From Treponemataceae bacterium (GTDB taxonomy: Bacteria > Spirochaetota > Spirochaetia > Treponematales > Rectinemataceae): a DNA stretch of 64,000 bases. The DNA lies in NCBI GenBank assembly GCA_963678065.2, contig CAXXVZ010000004.1:480001-544000 (forward strand). Direction: 5' to 3'. Position 1 is the stretch's first letter; each line of letters opens with the position of its first letter. Shown here in pieces: positions 57,960 to 64,000 of this stretch. The notes under the pieces are model-generated. The model searched no databases and was not told where the DNA came from. It was given only the letters and a program-made list of their open reading frames with translations. A program made the position numbers and the translations under genes.

Positions 57960-58601
57960 TCAGTATCCGAGGGCCTCGCCCACGACGATGACGGTGAAAT
58001 CGGACATCGCGGGTCTGCGCTTCAGTATCTGGTAGATGCGGCAGCTGCGCATGGGGCCATCGCAGTCCATGCACTGACCCGTCTTGGTGCAGGGATTTGG
58101 CCTGTCCAATCGCTTGTTGTTGAGGGGGCCGGCGGTCGTCTCGAGGCGGCTGAAGGCTTCGTCGAGATCGCGCACGATCTTGTTGGCGCCCGCGACAACG
58201 ACAACTTTACGGGGACCGAAACAGAGCGCTCCCACGCGGTTTCCGTTGGCGTCGACATTCAGAAGCTCGCCGTCCAGAGTGAGAGCGTTCGTCCCGGAAA
58301 CGAAGAGGTCGCAGGTGAGTTGGGCGCGCAGAATCTCCATCTTGCGCTCCTGACCGAGCCCGGGTGCGCCGTGGTCCAGGACTTCGGCCCCGGCGGCGGC
58401 CACAGCGGCCTGGGTGCCAAGGCCTTTGACGCTCATGGACCCGCCGAAGCCGACCTTCATGCCCGGCTTGACATATTCCATGAGCTTCGCGAGGGCTTCG
58501 GCGCCCGTCGCCACGTATACTGCGTCGAAACCGTTGTGCCTGAGGGCTTCGCATGCGTTCTTGCCATTCGTCTCGTGATGCCAGCTTTCAATGGGATTCA
58601 T
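57960..58601 (-). CDS. LUD-domain (LutC/YkgG-like) protein with C-terminal Cys cluster
   Basis: GFGGS, SGTNALT.DG, DANGNR, GANKIV, PC...G.C.DC....RSC; start MNPIES after a GGAGG RBS. Confidence 0.85.
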   Translation of the reverse strand: MNPIESWHHETNGKNACEALRHNGFDAVYVATGAEALAKLMEYVKPGMKVGFGGSMSVKGLGTQAAVAAAGAEVLDHGAPGLGQERKMEILRAQLTCDLFVSGTNALTLDGELLNVDANGNRVGALCFGPRKVVVVAGANKIVRDLDEAFSRLETTAGPLNNKRLDRPNPCTKTGQCMDCDGPMRSCRIYQILKRRPAMSDFTVIVVGEALGY

Positions 58602-58746
58602 CTCGATGTCCTCCGGATTGTTCAAGATCTGCGTGAACGATACATCAGGGATCTGCGACATGTCGAGGCACAGGGTTGCAGTCATGATGCACGCCATGGC
58701 AGATTTGTATTTTTATGCAATGCCAATGCAATTCAGATTATTCTCG

Positions 58747-58767
58747 ATATTGCTTAATAAGCAATAT
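58747..58767. promoter_or_regulatory. Perfect palindromic operator upstream of the sugar ABC operon
   Basis: ATATTGCTTA-A-TAAGCAATAT immediately upstream of TTGACA (58773). Confidence 0.6.
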
Positions 58768-58925
58768 TTTGCTTGACAAGAACAATACGCGGGTTTAATC
58801 TTTCCTCCTGATGAGTGCGGATGCAGGGAACATCCTTATGTTCAGTCCTGGAAGAGATCCGATTTGCGCTGGATATCCATGCGCCATGAAGGCGCATTAT
58901 TTCTGGAAGCGTAAGGAGGCATACG

Positions 58926-60197
58926 ATGAAAAAGAAGCTTGGAATGACCATGGCTCTGGGCGTATTGGCTTTGCTGGTCGCTGGTCAGTCCCTTGCGGCC
59001 GACCAGCCCAAAAAGGTGACACTGCACCTGTTGAGCCATCGGTACGCCGCGCTGGAATTCTACGCCGATGCGCTTGTGAAAGAGGCGCCGGAAAATGTCA
59101 AGGTAGAGGCCGATCTCACCACCTACGCCGACTGGCAGCAGAAGATGACCATCAATCTGTCCTCGCATTCCTCGGCGTTTGACATCACCTACATCTATCC
59201 CACGGATCTCGCGCAGTTCGCCTCAAAGGGATGGCTGATGCCGCTTGACGACCTGATCAAGAAATACGATGCCGAGTTCCACTTCTCCGATATCCCCGAC
59301 TATGTGTGGGAGGTCTACCGCTACAAAGGGAAGATTTACGGAATACCTCACCATCAGTGGGCGACTTTTCTGTTCTACCGCAAGGATGTTTTCAAGAAAA
59401 ACAATATCGCGATTCCGCAGACCTTGGATGAATACGTCTCGACCGCAGCAAAACTCACGAACAAAGATCAGTATGGTGCCCTTATGTGGCTCAAACCCGC
59501 GGACTTCCTGTCAAATCAATTCCAGATTTTCCTGACTGCCTGCGGGGGATGGTGGTTCGACAAAAACAATAAGCCCGCCGTCAACAGCCCCGAAGCGATG
59601 CTCGCCATCGAGTATATCAAAAAGCTCCTCCCGTATAGCCCGCCCGGCGTCATGAATTTCGGTACGGATGAAGGCACTGTCGCCCTGGCGCAGGGACAAT
59701 CCGCGATGGGAATCCACTGGGGCACCCGCGCCAGCACCATGGACAATCCCGAGCAGTCCAAGGTCGTCGGTCTCATCGGTTTTGCCCCCTCTCCATCCCT
59801 TAAGCGAGGAGGGAATCCTGCGAGCATGTTCGCCACCGCAGGCTACGCCATCTCCGCCTTTTCAAAGAACGATCCTGACCTGATTTTCCAGACGATAGCG
59901 CGAGCCACCGATTCGGAAACACAGAAGCGAGGAGCGGTGGCAGGCATGCCCGTGCGCCTTTCTGCCATTACCCCCGAGTTGCTTAAAGAAAGACCAGATT
60001 ATGATGCGACCATCCAGGCGCTCAAGTCAGGAGCCCGGATGAGGCCGACGTTCCCTGAGTTCAATGAAATCCAGGAAATTACGATGCGCTATCTGGCTAA
60101 GGCGCTCGCTGGACAGATGGACACACAGGCTGCGATGGACGCGGCCGCGAAGGAATCGACTGTCATCATGGAACACGCTGGGTACTACAAGAAATAG
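58926..60197 (+). CDS. Sugar ABC transporter substrate-binding protein
   Basis: Signal peptide; LMPLDDLI, GKIYGIP, LFYRKD, PQTLDE; AAGGAGG RBS. Confidence 0.9.
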   Translation: MKKKLGMTMALGVLALLVAGQSLAADQPKKVTLHLLSHRYAALEFYADALVKEAPENVKVEADLTTYADWQQKMTINLSSHSSAFDITYIYPTDLAQFASKGWLMPLDDLIKKYDAEFHFSDIPDYVWEVYRYKGKIYGIPHHQWATFLFYRKDVFKKNNIAIPQTLDEYVSTAAKLTNKDQYGALMWLKPADFLSNQFQIFLTACGGWWFDKNNKPAVNSPEAMLAIEYIKKLLPYSPPGVMNFGTDEGTVALAQGQSAMGIHWGTRASTMDNPEQSKVVGLIGFAPSPSLKRGGNPASMFATAGYAISAFSKNDPDLIFQTIARATDSETQKRGAVAGMPVRLSAITPELLKERPDYDATIQALKSGARMRPTFPEFNEIQEITMRYLAKALAGQMDTQAAMDAAAKESTVIMEHAGYYKK

Positions 60198-60300
60198 AGT
60201 AGGTGCGGCGGTGAGCCGTTGTGGCCAACACGCCGCCTGCAGGAACGCGGCCGCCCGCATGCGGGCGGCCGCGGACCACTCTGTCATCATAGAGGCTGCC

Positions 60301-61161
60301 ATGAAGAGAACGAAATACCTGTTATTCGCAACACCGAGCCTGCTGCTCATGTGCGTCGTCATGCTCTACCCTCTCTGTTACGCCTTCTGGCACAGCCTCT
60401 TCTCTTACAATTTGGGCGACACTCCCCGTTTCGTCGGGCTCGGGAATTACATCAAGGTTTTCAGCGATCCGGATTTTCTTCACTCGGTGCAGGTGAGCCT
60501 GGTCTTCTCCGTGGTGACGGTGAGCGCCGAATTCATCCTCGGGCTCTCGGTGGCTCTTCTCCTGGACCGGATCACTCTGGGGAAACGACTGCTCACTGTG
60601 CTGATTTACCTTCCATTTGTAGTGACCCCATCGGCTACCGGCGTGATATTCAAATGGCTCTTCATGCCACAATGGGGGATTCTGAATCAGTTCCTGAAAG
60701 GATTGTCGATTGTCCCCCCGAGCTGGTTCGACAACTCGTTCTGGGCAATGGTCGCCGTGATCGTCGCCGAGATCTGGCAGAACACGCCCTTCGTCGTGAT
60801 CGTGCTGTATTCCGGCCTTCAATCCATCCCGGTGGAATGCATCGAAGCGGCGGAGATGGACGGCGCCTCGCAGGGCAGGATGCTCAGAAGCATCGTGCTG
60901 CCCCTCCTGCGACCATTGGTTCTGGTCATCATCATGATGAGGACCATGGACACCTGGAGGTTATTCGACCGCATTTATGTCATGACAGCGGGCGGACCGG
61001 GAAGCGCTACGGAAACAATGACACTCTACAATTTCCGCATATCCTTCAAAATGCTGAGGGTCGGAGAGGGATTGGCTGTAGGGATTTGGACCTTGGTTTT
61101 CCTCGCGATTCCCATAATAACGTACCTCCGTTCGATGAAGTCCAAGGAGGTCGAGCAATGA
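60301..61161 (+). CDS. Sugar ABC transporter permease
   Basis: FVGLGNY, WQNTPF, EAAEMDGAS, TAGGPG. Confidence 0.92.
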   Translation: MKRTKYLLFATPSLLLMCVVMLYPLCYAFWHSLFSYNLGDTPRFVGLGNYIKVFSDPDFLHSVQVSLVFSVVTVSAEFILGLSVALLLDRITLGKRLLTVLIYLPFVVTPSATGVIFKWLFMPQWGILNQFLKGLSIVPPSWFDNSFWAMVAVIVAEIWQNTPFVVIVLYSGLQSIPVECIEAAEMDGASQGRMLRSIVLPLLRPLVLVIIMMRTMDTWRLFDRIYVMTAGGPGSATETMTLYNFRISFKMLRVGEGLAVGIWTLVFLAIPIITYLRSMKSKEVEQ

Positions 61162-61982
61162 GGAAGATTTCTCCCGCCAGAAAGGCAGCGGCCTATATCC
61201 TGCTCACTGCATTTGCCGCATTCTGTGTATTCCCCCTGGTTTATACGCTCCTTATCTCCCTCAAGACCCCGGCGGACGCATTCTCTATTCCTTTCAAATG
61301 GAAATTCAAACCCACGTTCAAGTACCACAAGTTCTTGTGGATCGAAAAAGGGTTTTTGAAATACCTCGTCAACAGCCTGTTGACCGCGCTAGGGACCGTC
61401 TGCATCTCGGTTCCCGCCGCCACCTTCGCTGCGTACGGATTGGTGCGATATGGCGGGAAGCTCGAATCGCGGATCCTCCAGTCAGTGCTGTCGGTGCGCA
61501 TGTTCCCTCAAATGCTGCTCGTGATGCCCTATTTCATCATCGGCAGCACACTCTCTCTCATCGATACCAGGATCATCCTCATATTGATCGTAGTGGCGGC
61601 GAACCAACCTTACTCCATCTGGCTGATGCGCGGTTTTATCATGACGATTCCCAAGGAACTGGACGAGGCCGCGACAATTGACGGATGCGGTCCGCTCGCC
61701 GTGGTGGGCCGCATCATACTTCCCGTCTGCATGCCGGGAATCGCGACAGCGTCGATATTCAGTTTCCTTATGTCGTACAATGAATACCTTTTCGCGCTCG
61801 TACTGACAGGGACGAATGCGAAGACATTGCCGGTAGCTATCGGCTCTTACGCCGCAGAGGATCTGGCCTACTGGTCGGTCTCCGCGGCGGGCGTGGTAGG
61901 GATCATAATCCCGGTAATCCTAATAATGTTGTTCCTTCAGAAGTACTTCGTGAAGGGACTCACGGCAGGCGCTATCAAATAA
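61158..61982 (+). CDS. Sugar ABC transporter permease
   Basis: Start MRKISP after AAGGAGG; IPKELDEAATIDG, YNEYLFA, GLTAGAIK. Confidence 0.92.
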   Translation: MRKISPARKAAAYILLTAFAAFCVFPLVYTLLISLKTPADAFSIPFKWKFKPTFKYHKFLWIEKGFLKYLVNSLLTALGTVCISVPAATFAAYGLVRYGGKLESRILQSVLSVRMFPQMLLVMPYFIIGSTLSLIDTRIILILIVVAANQPYSIWLMRGFIMTIPKELDEAATIDGCGPLAVVGRIILPVCMPGIATASIFSFLMSYNEYLFALVLTGTNAKTLPVAIGSYAAEDLAYWSVSAAGVVGIIIPVILIMLFLQKYFVKGLTAGAIK

Positions 61983-62106
61983 ATATCGAACAGCCTGCGC
62001 GCGTATCGCTGGTTCCGTGCATAATCATTGCTCTCTTGAGTCGTTTATACGACGGAGGGTGGGATGTACGTAACCATGATGTATGCAGCAAATACTTCAG
62101 GAGGGC

Positions 62107-64000
62107 ATGATGGTCGCGCATACGACAAATTCAAAAAACGACGCGAAAAAGGCGGCACAGAATCCGCGCTGCGAATATGAGACCGATCCACTCGGCATCG
62201 ATACACCGATACCACGGTTTTCATGGACAATCGACGGAGGTACCCGCGGTGAACGACAGTCGGCATACAGACTTATCGTCTCGTCGTCGGAGGCGGACCT
62301 TGAATCCAGGATCGGGGATCTATGGGATAGCGGAGTAGTCGCATCATCGCAGACGGTCAATATTGAGTATAAAGGCGCGAAGCTTGTATCCCGCACAAAA
62401 TACTATTGGTCCGTCATGTATCATTCCGGCGATGGGGAAAAGAGCCCTTGGTCCGGGACGGCTGTTTTCGAAACGGGTTTTCTGGATAGCTCCGAGTGGG
62501 AGGCCTCATGGATAAGGGGAAAGAACCTTTTCCGGAAAGAGTTTTTCCTGGATGAACCGATCGCGAGTGCCCGGGTATATGTGAGCGGTCTCGGATATTA
62601 CGAACTCAGGATCAACGGAAAGAAAATCGGTGAGCGCGTACTTGATCCGGCCTGGACAGATTTCAGCAAAAAAGTCTTTTACTCTACCTACGACGTGGAA
62701 GAAAATCTCGTTCAAGGCGCCAATGCGTTTGCAGTGATGCTGGGAAACGGCCGGTACAGTCCCTACGATTCCACGTGCGGGAAAAGCTGGCATCCATTGA
62801 GAAAATTCGGCGAGTCTCCCGTCCTGATATTGCAGGCGCATGTAAAATATGTCGACGGCCGCGAAGCGGTGATAGTCAGCGACAGCTCGTGGAAGACGAC
62901 TTCAGGCCCTCTCACCATGGACGATCTTTACGATGGCGAAACCTACGATGCCCGTCTTGAACGCGATGGATGGGATCGCCCCGGCTTCGATGGCTCTTTG
63001 TGGAGCGAGGCTGTTCTGGTCGCGGAAGCGATGGGACGGTTGGTATCCCAGACAGGGTTCCCACCAATAAAAGTCATTCGCACAATGCAGTCCGTGGGAG
63101 TAAAGAATGTCGCCCCAAATGTGTATGTCTATGATTTCGGGCAGAATTTTTCAGGCTGGGTGAGGTTGCGGGTCGAGGGTCCTGAAGGAACCGAAGTAAA
63201 ACTCCGCTTCGCAGAACTCTCGAACGAGGACGGCTCGCTCGACCCATCGACAAACCGCAATGCAAAAGCCACTGACCGCTACATATTGAAAGGCTCGGGC
63301 ATCGAAGAATACGAACCCCGGTTCACATATCATGGCTTCCGCTTCGTCGAAATGACGGGGTTCCCCGGGACACCCTCGCTGGACAGCATCGAAGCGAAAG
63401 TCGTCCATACCGCGGTGGAGATAACAGGCGGCTTCTCGTGTTCGCACCCGCTCATCAACAGAATCCATTCCAATTACCTCTGGACCCAGCTTTCGAACTT
63501 CATGAGTGTTCCTACCGATTGCTCCCAGCGCGATGAGCGGATGGGCTGGGTCGGCGATGCGCAGCTGTCGTCTGAAGCGGCAGCCTACAACTTCGATGTC
63601 GCGTCCTTCTACACCAAATTCATGGACGACATCGCATCATCGCAGAAGCAGAGCGGAAGTGTCGCCGGCGTTTCGCCGCCCTACTGGGAGTGCTATCCGG
63701 CCGATCCGACCTACGCCACGGCCTGTGTGGAATTTCCGTGGATCGTGAGCAGATACTACGACGATCGCCGGATCCTCGAAAAGAATTTCGACACGATGTG
63801 CAGGTGGGTGGCCTTCCTCGGGACGCAGGCCAAGGACGACATAGTCTCCTTCGGCCTTTTCGGAGACTGGTGTCCGCCGATGCATGCCAACCCAGTAGAG
63901 ACACCCTTTGAGATCACCTCCACCTGGTTCTACGCCCATGACACTCTCCTCGTGGCGAGGATGGCGGAACGGTTGGGCAAAATGGACAAGGCAGGCGAAT
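62107..64000 (+). CDS. Alpha-L-rhamnosidase-like GH78 protein, truncated by the window end (absent from the ORF track)
   Basis: Hand translation in frame 1: CEYETDPLGIDTPIPRFSW, SGLGYYE, LDPAWTD, YDGE.YDAR, DFGQN.SG, FTYHGFR, PTDCSQRDERMGWVGD, FGDWCPP. Confidence 0.9.
   Translation, partial: MMVAHTTNSKNDAKKAAQNPRCEYETDPLGIDTPIPRFSWTIDGGTRGERQSAYRLIVSSSEADLESRIGDLWDSGVVASSQTVNIEYKGAKLVSRTKYYWSVMYHSGDGEKSPWSGTAVFETGFLDSSEWEASWIRGKNLFRKEFFLDEPIASARVYVSGLGYYELRINGKKIGERVLDPAWTDFSKKVFYSTYDVEENLVQGANAFAVMLGNGRYSPYDSTCGKSWHPLRKFGESPVLILQAHVKYVDGREAVIVSDSSWKTTSGPLTMDDLYDGETYDARLERDGWDRPGFDGSLWSEAVLVAEAMGRLVSQTGFPPIKVIRTMQSVGVKNVAPNVYVYDFGQNFSGWVRLRVEGPEGTEVKLRFAELSNEDGSLDPSTNRNAKATDRYILKGSGIEEYEPRFTYHGFRFVEMTGFPGTPSLDSIEAKVVHTAVEITGGFSCSHPLINRIHSNYLWTQLSNFMSVPTDCSQRDERMGWVGDAQLSSEAAAYNFDVASFYTKFMDDIASSQKQSGSVAGVSPPYWECYPADPTYATACVEFPWIVSRYYDDRRILEKNFDTMCRWVAFLGTQAKDDIVSFGLFGDWCPPMHANPVETPFEITSTWFYAHDTLLVARMAERLGKMDKAGE

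Noticed and set aside
57960..58601. LUD protein as a partner of the LarA-family enzyme in lactate use
   Set aside because: It lies 34 kb away with no shared operator and no lutA/lutB genes; stand-alone LUD proteins are common in anaerobes

Overview
GC-rich bacterial chromosome segment dense in carbohydrate and nucleoside uptake and catabolism genes. The gene content (BMP-type binding protein, ODP-type di-iron sensor, DUF4015-like hydrolase) suggests a free-living anaerobic spirochaete, which is an inference. From left to right it holds an ABC binding protein, a GH4 glycosidase, a ROK-controlled sugar ABC/GH2 beta-mannosidase locus, hsp20, a ferredoxin-like protein and an aminopeptidase. Next come a three-gene ODP-sensor / HEAT-GT2 synthase / GH-like operon and a roughly 16 kb GntR regulon (nucleoside ABC transporter, two atypical nucleoside hydrolases, BtpA/SgcQ, RpiB, sugar epimerase, split transketolase, Fe-ADH, LarA-family protein, D-2-hydroxyacid dehydrogenase). 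The rest is tRNA-Leu(CAG), glnA, Fe-ADH, 5'-nucleotidase, malQ, a TRAP/sugar-acid operon with two RpiR regulators, a yellow/MRJP protein, a LUD protein and a sugar ABC plus truncated GH78. There are two best candidates for an undescribed system. (1) The GntR regulon has no kinase or phosphorylase, and both of its nucleoside hydrolases have lost the 5'-OH-binding Glu, pointing to phosphorylation-independent breakdown of 5'-modified nucleosides. (2) A putative O2/iron-sensing exopolysaccharide synthase operon. All calls come from motifs read by eye; no database searches were run. No CRISPR array, transposase or integrase was seen.
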